A stretch of DNA of 64,000 nucleotides from Camelus dromedarius. Its lineage: Eukaryota. The notes beneath the pieces are model-generated. The model was not told the origin of the DNA, did not search any database, and was given only the letters and a program-made list of their open reading frames with translations. Position 1 is the first letter of the stretch, and every line of letters begins with the position of its first letter. Positions 22,206 to 34,480 of the stretch are shown one piece after another. The position numbers were made by a program, and so were the translations under genes. Location: NCBI RefSeq assembly GCF_036321535.1, contig NC_087437.1, forward strand, positions 22,260,001 to 22,324,000, in the 5' to 3' direction.

Positions 22206-25200
22206 ATTTCTTTACTGGGGCTCCCATAGGCCTTCACTCAATTTTCTAATTGTATTTGTCTTAATATATAAGAACTATTTGACTATATCTCTCCTGTCCT
22301 GTTAGACTGTGTGCTCCTTAAGTGAGGAACACATCTCATTCCTTTTTGTGTCTGCCGTGCTTAACGCCCAGTACTCAGAAATGAGTTCTCTCAATTGATG
22401 TTTGTTAAATTCAGTTAAGACTTGAAAAAGATTTGAGGTTTTCTGTTAACAAGCAAATTCTTTTGGAAAGGGTATTATCTGAAACCTGAACCTTATTTGG
22501 GATTTAGTTGGCAAGAAATAGTCATGAGAAATGACACTGGACAGGGCCTTTGGGATAAGGGTGAGAGGGATGAGTAGGGGCTGGGCCGGCCACTGAAGGA
22601 AAGGTGGGGAATACCGCAGCCGTGGACTCCAGCCCGTCTGGGTCTCCCTCGGGCAGCTCTTGTTTGCTGTTAGGCTTTCCAGTCCACAAAACCTCGCTCC
22701 CCTGAAAAGCCCTGAGAGGAGGCCGTCTGCACTAGGAAGGCTTTGAGTCGCCCCTCCTGCCTTTCTGAGAGGCAAAGCTTCTCTCCCGAGACCGGGTATC
22801 ACAGATAACTGGCTCCTTGGGCATGCCTGCAGGGGCCTCCTGTGTGCCTCTACTCTGTCCCCTTGGTCCTCCCAAACCACTTTGGAAGGGCCTGTCACTC
22901 TTGAGTTGCAAGATTAAATGAATGCATGTTTGGATAAGATGCTTTTGGGCCCTAGATCAAAGTCTTCCCTGCCAGGAGCCCAGACCCCTTTCAGATCTAG
23001 TATAAAACCTGCCCCACCCTTTCCAGTGAATTAGGGGTGCAGAAGGAGAGAAGTCCTGCATACCCACTATATCAACACATCTTCTCAGGGGCAGAGCTCC
23101 GGGGGCGTCCTCGGAAACTGGTGCTCTCAGAAAATGGAAAGGTGCACTTTCTATTAAAGCCGCTGAAAAATTTTATTGGCATGGACAAAGATGATTCTGG
23201 CTAAATAAAACCACTGGACAGCAAATTAAACCATGCCACACAATATGATTATTTTTTCCTTGTAAAAATAATAAAAAATATTTTGGTAGGTTTTGTGTGT
23301 GTCAGTGTGTCTGCTTTAATAAGTGGTTCCAGGCACCAACCTGTTTTTTTTGTAAGTCATGGGTCTGGATATAAGCCAAACCAGTGGCAGGAGCTGTCCC
23401 GCTTGCCACAGAAAAGGAAGAAAAAGCACCGAGTCGTTACACAATTTCACTCTCCTAAATCAAACCTTCCATTTGCCACGATTATTTACCATTGCTTTGT
23501 AATTGTGAGCAGACAGCTGAGTGGAGCTGGAAGTCTATTCATTCTTTAAAGTGACATAAAGTGGCACTTGGAGTCCCAAACGATAATTGTTCTTTTCTCC
23601 TTGTTAATATCTAACCGCTGCTAGGAGTTCTGTGCAAGATTCATTTAATGCTCCTGAAATTTCTGTGGGATTTGGCTCTTGGCCTCTTTTTGAAACCCAA
23701 TTTGAAATCACCCTGAGGAACTGGAAAGGCTGAATTGATTGTGACCTTCAGTCAGAATTCCTCCCTAAATATTTTAGCAGGATGGAGAACTTTCCCTCAT
23801 TTACACCCCTCTATGACTCAGTAGGGTCATAGGTGAGAAATATTGGCAGTTTCTCAGAAATACGATCACTTTGAGGACATTTTCAGCTCAACTGGAATCC
23901 GAGGAACTAGAATATGGTAAGGAAACTAGATCTTATGAGATTTCCACCTAACCTAATTGGACCTCGGTGTCCAGACAAAAACTTGGAGCCCACGGGAACC
24001 ACTCTGGAAGGATGGGATGGTCCTAGCTTTTTGGCTACTCTCCCAGGGGTTCCCCTGCCCCACACAGCAGTGAGCATTTATGGGTAATCTGCCAAGCCTA
24101 GTAGAACCATCTGTCGACAAAATGAGTGATACAGATCGGCCGTGTCCTTTGGCTCTACGTGGGGTTTCAAGTCTCTTGAGATTCCTGTTGCTCGACTACC
24201 AACTGGGTAGAGAAGGTGGGTATATGCTGGTGTTAGTGGGCCTTTCTGTAGCGTGGGTGAGTTCCTGTAACTCCTGCTCTCCAACTTCACGTTCTGTGCA
24301 ATATTGTTGAGTTTCTGCTCTGGGTTAGAATCAAAAGCAGTAAGCTCATGCCTCTGGCTCAGAATTGCAAATTAGTGATGTTGGGCATTTATTAAACACT
24401 TAGGCACGTGGGCACTTCTGTGTTAAGTGCTTTACATGAATAATCTCCTTTAATCCTAGGAAGTAGCTCTATCATTATCCCCATTTTATGGGTGAGGAAA
24501 CTGAGGCGCTGGGAGATGACTAGGACGTGGTGGAGCCAGAACGCGCACTCAGGCTACTGCACTGCCAGCCTGGCTCCTCATCGCTTTGACTCCGGAGCTC
24601 GGGGCCACACGGTCACATCGTTGGCCTTGGAAGGAGTCATCAGAGGTGCCTCTTAGAAAAGACCTTCCCTTTCCTGCATCCTCTGAGGCTGCCTCAGCAC
24701 CATTCATACCTGAGGCCATCAACCCCATAGGTGACTGAGGCCCGGGAACTCTGGCATGATTCATAGGCTTGGTTTGGGAGCAGTATTATTGGTATGAAAA
24801 GATTTGCCATGCGGGAGTTTACTGGAGACTTCCGTTTGCAATGGTTGGAGTTTTAACATTTTGTCCCACGTATCTCTGGTTCCTTGAGGAAAAGGCGGAG
24901 AAGGAGAGGGAAATGGGGATACCCTGAAAGAGGAACTATGCTCTCTCACCCTCCCCCCTTTCTCTCTACTACTTACAGTTTTGAGGTTCTATTCACGAGC
25001 TGTAGTGACACTTTTTGAGCATTTTAGGAATTGAATACACCATTATGGAGTATGAGATGTGGCTTATAACCCAGAATCCAAGAGAGGTTGGAATATAGAG
25101 GTTAGTAATGTACCCGGAATGGAAAGATTCCCTTCTCTTTCAAACAGCGAAAGGGAAATCAAGAACATTCAAAAGTTGGTGACTTTGGAGGTTAGAGAAT

Positions 25201-28200
25201 TTTCACATTCCGCGCACCATCTGCTGATTGAACACAATTAACATTTTCTCCTAATTGAGCTTCTTTTTTGTTGCTGATTTTCAGAGTGTTTGCAAAGAAA
25301 GGTGGGCATGTGCTCCCGAGGGGGAAGTGGGGAAGTGGTGGGGTTTCCACAAACCTGTGAGCTCCAGTCAGGCCCTGGGCCCGTGCACCAGTGTCACTCG
25401 ACGCAGAGGAGCTGCGACTTTCCGGAGGATTTTGAGGAGGCCCAGCCAAGCATTCTACAGTTTGTTCTATTGGCTTCTGTGGGCCCACAGGGCTCCTGAT
25501 GCCATGCAGAGCCCTTGGAATAAATCTGATATTTTGAAATGAGGCCAAGGCATTCTCAGTGCAGGCGGTGCCCAGGGTCCCTGGTGATCACTGAAGTTGA
25601 CAGCCTGGTGACATCCCCTCCACCTCCCACCCTTCCTTTCGCCTGGAGCCTCACAGGGTGTTCTTGCTCAGGCTAAGGCTGCGTTGTTTCGTACTATAAA
25701 CTGACATTTTTTTTCTCCCATTGATTCTTCCCAGTTCAGGGATGCAGCTCCAGTTATGAGAGGAGCTGGAGATAGTCACCCCAGATCTCAGGGACTTCAG
25801 TTACCCATCACTGTGGCGTCTTCTGGTGTCTCCCCCAGGAAGGAAATAACTCAGATTAACTCCAAACTCTTTAGAATAAAACTTCACAGTGTCTGACAGA
25901 CTGTGAACACTGGTGCCAATGCAGGTCCCCTTTGAGTCATTACAGCCTCGGTTGTCAGAAGTCTGAAAGCAAAATGTGGTCTCCCTATTTCTGAACCTCA
26001 CAAGGGATGTGTCAGCCAAATTCTCCACCTCTCAGGCCCTTCTCCGTCCTGGTAGCTGGGCCAACGTGGGATGGGGGAAAACTGCTGGCAAGCAGGGGAG
26101 GCCCAAGAAGGCCAGCTAGGCAGCTCTCAAATGGGCCGTGGGTGTGACTTGCACAAGGCAGAGAAGCAGGTACCATTTCCCACTCTCTGTGTGACGCTAG
26201 GCTTGGCCAGCTCACACCTGGGACAAAAGTTTTGCGTTGCCAATTTGGAAAAGTGCTAATAAAGCAAACTATGAAGAATTTGATGACTCAGAAAATAGCC
26301 TGTTAAGAGGCAGACCTCAACTTTATCCTCCGGGAGCTTCTCGCCCTGAACTCACCATTGCCAGCTTCTCTTGTGACTTCGCATCTTGTTTCTAGGATTC
26401 ACAAGAAGAACCGGGAGCAGATGGCCCACTGTTCTGAGTTATCCCTGCAAATTCGCTCCCTTGCCGGTCACAGTGAGGGAGCTGACGGTAGCTACTCCCT
26501 CGGGGTTTGGAGTCATTCCCGTTAGGCTATTCCTGCAGCCAGTGCAATCATTTCCCCACTTTCTGCTCAGCACCTTGCCCTCCACCGGCCACGGACTAGC
26601 AGTGAGTTAGTTTATAGACTCCTTGTATCTATAAACCTTTGCACTTTAATTAGAAACGGCCTGGGCTAAGGGGAGAATTCGCATGAAGTGAATGCCAAAG
26701 GGGATTTTAGACATGAAAAAATTTCCCAGAGGTGAACTATTTGGTTTTGCCAGAAGGGCTCAAAATTATGCCAAGTGCTGACACTCAGGTGTACCTAGGA
26801 TGCTATCCTCTGGGAGGTTCTGGACGGTCCCAAAAAATGTCTTCCTGGAAGAAAAACAAATTTAGGCTTTTGATTGATTTGTTTTTATTCAGAAATGCTG
26901 AAATGGAATTAATTTTATATGTGGAGAACTGGTCATTGCTTCTGCTGCTGACAGTAAGTACTACAATAGGAAAGAAATGGAACATTTTCTTCTGAACACA
27001 ATTGTAGTGAATTGAGAACTAAAGAGCTTATGGAAAATAGCTTTCAAATGATTATTTTTGTTTGCTTAAATGCTTGATTATGATGATTGTAGTTCCAGCT
27101 CTACACAGAGAGAGCATGCAAAAAAAAAGCTAAGCCCAGACTCCTGCTATAACAAAAACCAAGGAACACATCACACTTCATAAACTCCAAATGCTTATAG
27201 GTTTCTTGGGACTGCTAAGTAAAATATAAATACAGTTCAGGTTCTACTTGTTTGCATTTTCAGGGCCAAGAATTCTTTTTAGGCTTTCTTTAAAAAGTTT
27301 ACCTTGGCCCTGGGTCACTGTTACAGCTTATGAAATGAAACTTGAACTTGGAATTTGCTTGCTTTGTATGCAAAGGCTGGCCCTCTGGACTACAACAGGA
27401 GGCCTATGGGGGTGACTAATACATCTGCTGATGGCTCAGGGTTTCAGACAACAGAATCGTTCCACTGCCTGGACCGGACTGTTTCGGGTGAGGTGATTTC
27501 ACTACTGCTACAGAGGGAACGCCTCCTGCTACGGCGTCACTATCAGGCAGAGCCCCGTTGACAGCCATGGAGCAATTTTTCTTGTTCTTTGCTTGGAAAG
27601 GGTGGGACCGTTACAGACATGCAGCCACTTGAACTTCTCAGGCCATGACCGAGATGCATAATGTTAATAAACCTTGAATCAATAGCTGAAAGACAAAAAT
27701 GACTGGACAATCAAGCAGGGAATGCCATATGGCCTTGGAAGATCCAAGAGCTGCCATGGCAGTTTTAAGCTCTGATTCTCTCTGGCCCAAAGCAAACCAA
27801 ATCCCCTTGTCTCTGCCCTCATCCAACCTGCACAATGGCCCTGGGGACAGTGAGGAAGCAGAGGCAAGAGAACTGACACTGTTGGTGGACGGCTCAGGGG
27901 GCTGGTGAACGGCTTCGAGAGCATTCCAGCGTCAGAAGGAAACCTGCCTCAGGCTGGGGAAGGACTGAGGCCACTTAACAGCCAGTCCGCTCGGGGGACT
28001 GTCCGTGGTAGCACAGGCGGCAAGTGGAGGGTCCTGTGCTCAGGGTGGGCGGGAGGGGTGCTCACAGGGCCGTTGTCCACACCTGCTCTGCTGCAGGGCT
28101 AAACAGAGGAGCTTGGTGCTGGAGGCTCAGTTCCCTGCCTCCCAAACAACAGCGGCCAGTGACACATCGTGCCAGTAACAAGGCTGCTCCGGTACGCTGT

Positions 28201-28299
28201 GACTTGGCTTTTTGTTTCATTCAGTTTCAAGAATGTTTCTGAATCATTTTAAAAAAAATGCCCCTTTGTCTTTACCCTTTTAGCCTTGAAGCTCTGAAA

Positions 28300-28990
28300 A
28301 GGCCAAGACACGCACATATGTCCTGACCAAAACTGGCCTCCTTGTCTCCCTCTCCCAAGACCTGTTCCTCCCCCTACACTCCCTGTCTCCTTGAAAAGAC
28401 TCCAGCATCCATGTTCATGCACAAGCAAGGGTTTCACCTTCAACTCTCTCTTTTCCCATCCCCACCACAGCCAATCAATCAATCAATCAATGAAGACCTC
28501 CCTATCCATCCATCCTTCCATCCATCCATCCACCCATTTATCCGCCCACTTCTCTCCAGCCCACAGCTGTGGTCCTCACCCAGGCCGTCAGCTCTTCTCC
28601 CCTGGGTGGCTGCAGCAATCTCCTCACTGGTCTAGGGGCTCCTCTGACTGTTCCCAGCTCACTGCCCCACCTCTGCTCCCATTCACAGCCAGAGTGGTTC
28701 TTCAACGACGTTGACTCCATCTAGGCACCTCCTTGCCTACAACCCCACCAAGGTCTTCCCAAGGCCCTGAAAAGTCTCAGCTCCTTACCATGATATAACT
28801 GAACTCTTCGAGACCTGTCTCCTGCCTCCCTCGACATAACCACATGTGCTGAGCCCTACTATCTTCTCTCATCCTTTGCACTTGCTACTTCTTCCACCTG
28901 AGTGCTGGTGCCACTGTTGTCCCTGGCTCCTCCTCCCCCTCAGATATTCAGGACTCGTGTCAGGTCCTCCCAGAAGCTTCCCCTGGCCCT
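28300..28990 (+). mobile_element. L2 fragment with (CCAT)n/(CAAT)n simple repeat
   Basis: tctcctcactggtct...cacagccagagtgg...cctttgcacttgct L2 motifs. Confidence 0.6.
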
Positions 28991-31097
28991 CCCACCTCTG
29001 GACTTCCACAGCCTATAGCCATTATAACCAGGGGGACCTCGTAATCTAACGTCAGAACTAGGACACCTAAGGGAGCAGAAAGGGGGTAGCCGTACGCACT
29101 ATGCAAGGACAACAGGCATAAACAGGGGCTGAGTCAGGCAAACCAGGGTGTGTGGTCACCCTAAGCATGGCATGGGCCACACACACCTTCAAACGGCTTG
29201 TTAACTGGCCAGGTCACCCCAACCCTGGCTGGCAGACTACAACTTCCCCAATGACAGAGAATGCCCAGTTTTCAATGTGGTTGCTTCCACAGCAGGTGCT
29301 CAAAACGTATTTTTTTAAGTAAAATGAGAGAAAGGATGAATATGATTGATGCAAATAGGAGTCTGGTCATGTGGTCCCAGACTCCAGAATCTGATGTGAA
29401 ATCATCCCCAAACCTTCCATGTCTAATGGAGCTAGGAATTCTCTGTTTTCCCTCTGAAGAAGCCCTCAGCTATCAAGAATAGCACAGAAAAGGGGTGTAC
29501 TAGATTGCCTTTTGAACACTGCCCAAATTCTGAATTCCAGAGCACATCTGGCTGAAATGAAGCAGACGGGTCAGGCCCCAAAGTGTGTTTCCTGGTAGAT
29601 AAGCACCTTAGGATGTAAAACATATTAAATGATAAATGGGTTCTGGGCCCAAATAAGTCACGGAAATTAAGCACGTCTCTTTACTGTTAAGACTTTTTTT
29701 TAAAACACTGTGAGAAAAGTAGCGTTTCTCAAATTTAGGTAGACAAAGAACCTCTCCCCCTTCCCTGTCCCATCTCCCAGACTTCCTGTTCCATGGAACC
29801 TGCTCTGAGAATCAATAAAGTCCTGTCGCCCAGACACCTCTAGGTAGATGAAAGCTTTCTGTCCCTGAAGGCCAGGGCTGTACTTGACTCATCCCTCCCC
29901 ATTGCCTAGACCAGTTGGCACACAGTTGACACTCAAAAAAAGTTTGTTGCATGTGGCCTAGAATGCCATGCATTCAGCTGAGGACCGAAGAGCATGGGGT
30001 GGGGGAAGCCAGGTAACCTGCCAGGCCAGCACTGCAGGTGGCCTAGGAAACGGGAGGATGCCGACTTGCCTGAAAATGACATGGGGCACAATGAAGTTGG
30101 TGAAGCTTGTCTGTCACGCCCCGCACCCTCCCTTCGAGCAGTGCCCTCCTTGGCCTCATACCCTGTTCCCAGCCCACCTCCCCGACGTCCACTCCCACGG
30201 GGCTTGGCTGTCAGTGTCTATTTACCAAAGTGCTAAGCTGATGAGGCTCAGCCTCACCCAGTGCTGTTTGCTTAGATGCTTCCTGCTGACTAACACCCTT
30301 CTGGCTTCAAGGGAGAGCAGCTCGAGTGGCAGGAGGCCAGTGGCAGGGCTTATTTTGAGCAGGGTCCTGCCGCCCCATGATGGGACATTGTATTTCTCAC
30401 TCCACCCACTTGTGAGGTGAACCCTGATTAGGCACCCAAGCCCAGTGCCCTCTCCATCACCCCAGGGGGCCTCACGGGGCAGAAAGGAAGAGGACAAGGC
30501 TGTTGGTGTTCCCAAGACATCAGGAAAGAAAAGCCACTTAAAACCAACTTAACACCACCCAATAATGGAGGCGGAAAAAAAAAAAGATGGCACTCAGAAG
30601 TTCAATCCAGCTCCCTGGCAACAGGTTTAAAAAGCTTGTCTTGAATAATCTTTTTGCAAAATCTTTGTAACTTTGATTTTTTTTTTCTTCTGAGATACTA
30701 TGCCTTCTTTCAAGTTAATTATTTATTCCAGAATGACAGAATTTCTTGAAGCTACACGCTGAGTCTCCTCCTTTTTCACTGTCCCTTTTCCAATCTAAAA
30801 GGGGAGAAAAATCAGAAGATGCTGTAGTGAAATTTTGCAGTTGAGCTGATATGAGGTGCAAGCCAGTCCAGCTGGTGGGACTGCCACCTGCACTGCTGCT
30901 CTAAGCCAGTGCGGGGGGGTGGGGGACAGGGGACCCACTAGGGGAAAGGGGGGTCCCTTCGCAGGGAGATGAATTACTTTAAGCTCTTGGGATATGAATC
31001 AGTCTGACTTCTCCCTGTGCCTTACTAAAGAATGCTTTAGACTTTCAGAGTTTAGATTTTGACACCGCTTCCCCTACCCCCACCCCCCCACCCCCGC

Positions 31098-31215
31098 AAA
31101 AAAGAAAGAAAGAAAGAGAGAAAGAGAGAAAGAGAGAAAGAGAGAGAGAGAGAAAGAGAGAAAGAGAGAAAGAGAGAAAGAGAGAAAGAGAGAAAGAGAG
31201 AAAGAGAGAAAGAGA

Positions 31216-31264
<49 letters not shown>

Positions 31265-31265
31265 A
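31098..31265. repeat. Pure-purine (GAAA)n/(GAGAAAGA)n tract, ~168 bp
   Basis: Read directly. Confidence 0.95.
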
Positions 31266-33600
31266 CGAGCCATCCTCTTGGCCTAGCCTACTCCTTCAGC
31301 CAGAACAGCAGGATGAGATAGGGGTTTAGAAGTATGGGAAGCCTCTTCACTGAGCACATGGGATGAGGACACAGAACCAGTGCCCTTCCTGCACTGCCCC
31401 CGGCGTGGTGCTCGGCCGCGACAGGATCAATAACGACCATCTGCAGCCTCATCATGTCAGTCTTTACCTCCGAGTAAGCTCAGTCCGGGCTGACTTTTGC
31501 CACCAAAGAAATTAGGAAACACTTCTGGTTTTCAGGGCAGCTTGGATTTCTGAATGCCTGAAGACAGGTTGTGAATTTATACTATTATCTCCATCAGACA
31601 GGTGAGTAACCTGAGGACCAGAAAGGGTAGGGATTTGGCTCAGTTTATACATCTGTGATCTGAATACAACTCAGCCTGGTTCCTGAACCCTTGTTCTTTC
31701 TGTTACCTCTTGCCTCTTTCTGGCCACAGGGAGGTCCTCTGTTGCGTTTTCCTGTGTTTCTGGGGCAGTCTTTGTGGCTGGGGGATGTCCCAGAGTTGTA
31801 AACGAGAGCTGTGGATTGGATGATCTAGAAGTTTCCTTCTTGACCTCTCATTCCATAACTCTAAACAAACAAGTTCCACTGTCTAAAATGGGGTTCACAT
31901 CTAAGTGGATGCCTAGGGAGGGAAATCTGCCTCCCTTTCTCAAAATGCAAGACCCTGGTGCTTTTTGGACCAAGTGACACACGTGAATCCCCTGATCCCT
32001 CTGTGCCCTGAAGGCACTGCTCTGGCTGTGGCATGGGTGGTCTTAACTGAGACAGGAACCCGGGGCTGGTTAATGCTACACTTGCTGGGGGATAAAATAG
32101 AAGGCACTGAACTGCATTAAGGCCCTAGAGCTGTAAATAGAGCTCAGTTTTTTTTTTTTTTTTGGAGGGGTCAGGGTGGGGGTGGAGGAAGAGACTCTTT
32201 AAATTGGAGAATGTGTGGGTATAAATGTCTCTTCCCATCTCTCTTTATTTTGGAGTATGTTTAAGGATACGTGTAATATGCTTTCCTCTCCCCATGTATC
32301 TCTACGCTTATATCAATTCATAAATAATATATACAGCTGCTTGGCTAAAATGTATCACTTGTCTGCAAGATTTCTCCTGCAGGTTAATGTCTCCTGCCAG
32401 GGGAGCTGCCCTGGTTTGCATCGACTTACAGGGACCTACTTGTATGCACTAGTTCGGGCAGGGTTTAACAAGTGGGCTGGCAGTTATGTGCATCTGCATG
32501 TATTCCTCATTCTTAACATTATTTTCATATTATTTGCCTTCACTCCACCAAAAATCAATAGTATGTGCATAACGTTAGCTTTGCAATCACACCTTTGGAT
32601 GGGAAACCTGTCATGAGTGGATACTTTTGGAAACGGCTTGAGAGGGGAGACTAATCCATGCTGTTTATCATTCTCTGGCTGTGCTGTTATTGTCTTAATC
32701 GGCATTTTCCTGCTAATTGTTTTCAGGATCCTCGGTGCTTATGGGAGAGAGGAACTTCAAAATGGAACCCACCTGAGGACTGCACATCATTGTACAAGTT
32801 CCCTTTCTGTTGTTGAATGTGATCTGAGATGGAGGTTGGTGGCTGTGAAATTTAGTACACTACTGTCAATCATGGGAGCTTATCTGAGTCTTATCTGGGC
32901 TGGAATTGGAAATTCCTGAATAATGTGACACTGAAGCAGCGGGTAGTCTCAGAATCAGAAGGTGGTTTAATCTCCATGATCAGATTTTAAAATGTGATTC
33001 CTACAGTATTTATTAGTACTGAAGAATTCCATCTTTTAGCAAAAGCCAGTGTTTTGAATGCCTCTGTAATCCTTATGGGAGGTATTGAAATGCTTGGTTA
33101 AAACTGAACATTCAATTAGGGACCAGACAGTAAAAAAAGGGAAGAAAATTTTTATAATCTTCTTTTCTTATGCGTATCTATACAAACAAATAGAACAAAT
33201 AAGATGAGATGATGAAACATAAATTCATATGAAATGCTGTAGAATATACTCAGCCAAATCAAGAACTTGGTGCCTTGTGAATAACTGTTTCCTACAAACT
33301 AAATTACAAAACATTAGATAAAAAAAATCAATGGACTATTAATTATGTTCCATTTAATCTAGGTGCTTTAATAATGTCTATCTGACCAAATACAATATTG
33401 ATTTTTCATTGCTGTGGGATTCACTTAACCTCAAAGAAAACTAAAGAAAACTAAACCCCAGGTTTCTACCCTCTCTTGTAGCTGCTGGTGTTTACAGTGG
33501 GGAAGAACATGTTGAATTTAGGCAACTGATGGGGGAAGGGGAAGAGATGTAGGCACCTTGGCTTTCTGCCTGTTTTCAACTGACAAAACACCTATATTAG

Positions 33601-34480
33601 GTGTGAGATTAAAGGCAAAAAACCCGAATGTATATATATGTCTTTGACCCTGGTTCCTGACACAAGGCCTCCTGAATCCCCTGTAAATTTCTAAGGGATA
33701 AGAGCACTAGGAGCATCTTTTGTTCTAATGAAGTCACTCTGGGTGGGCTCTCTGGTGGCTCCTGGATGGGGGCTGGTCACCAGAAGGACTAACATGACTA
33801 GACACAGAATTTTCATCTCCACCTGACATCCCCCAGGGAGGGGAGAGGGGCCGGAAATGGAATTAAAAACTGGTCATGACTCCATGAGGAAGCCTCCTGA
33901 AATCCCCTCTAGCAGGGGTTTGGAGAGCGTCCAGATGGACAAACATCTACACCAGGAGGGCGATGCACCCCAGCTCCACCAGGACAGACGCTTCTGTGCT
34001 CGGACCCTCCCAGACCTTGCCCTGTGCGCTTCTTCATCTTCTGCTTGTCTGTATCTTTTATCATATCCCTTAACAAACTGGTAAATGTAAGGATTTCCCT
34101 GAGTTCTGGGAGCCTCTCTGGCAAGTTGATCAAACCAGGGGAACTTCCAATGAATAGCACAAGGGATAATGTGGGCTTGCGACCCGCGTCTGAAGTGGGG
34201 TGAGGGGAGTGGTCTTGTGGGACTGAGCCCCTACCTGTGAGATCTGATGCTATCTCCTGGTAGATGGTGTCAGCACTGAGTGAACTGTAGGACACCCAGC
34301 TGGTGCCCAAGACTTGCTCGTTGCTGTGGGGAAGCCCTCCTCCACATCTGGTGACCAGAAATGTCGGAAGTGAAGTGGGCTGAGTGACTCACAGTAAAGG
34401 AGACTCACAGGGAAGAAACACAGAAGGGAAGAATTTGGCTTTTCCCCACTCAGGAAGGAAAAATCTGGGTTCTTCCTCTA
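33601..34480 (+). mobile_element. MER21-like ERV LTR
   Basis: tggttcctgacaca...gggagaggggccggaaat...tagatggtgtcagcactgagtgaactgtaggacacccagctggtg...cacatctggtgaccagaa, typical of the MER21 family. Confidence 0.7.

Noticed and set aside
30020..30900. CTCF-like motifs (cactgcaggtggcc, accccagggggcct, ctgccacctgcactg)
   Set aside because: Only partial matches to the core; they cannot be supported without PWM scoring or ChIP data.
31052..31286. Low-complexity KERK/FLS ORFs (also 19646-19877)
   Set aside because: Translations of microsatellites.
32263..32270. GTATCCTT (U12 5' splice-site core) on the sense strand inside the intron
   Set aside because: An 8-mer is expected about once per 60 kb strand, and no NHE9-like exon lies upstream of it. 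It would matter only if junction reads from 32271 to 6616 were found.
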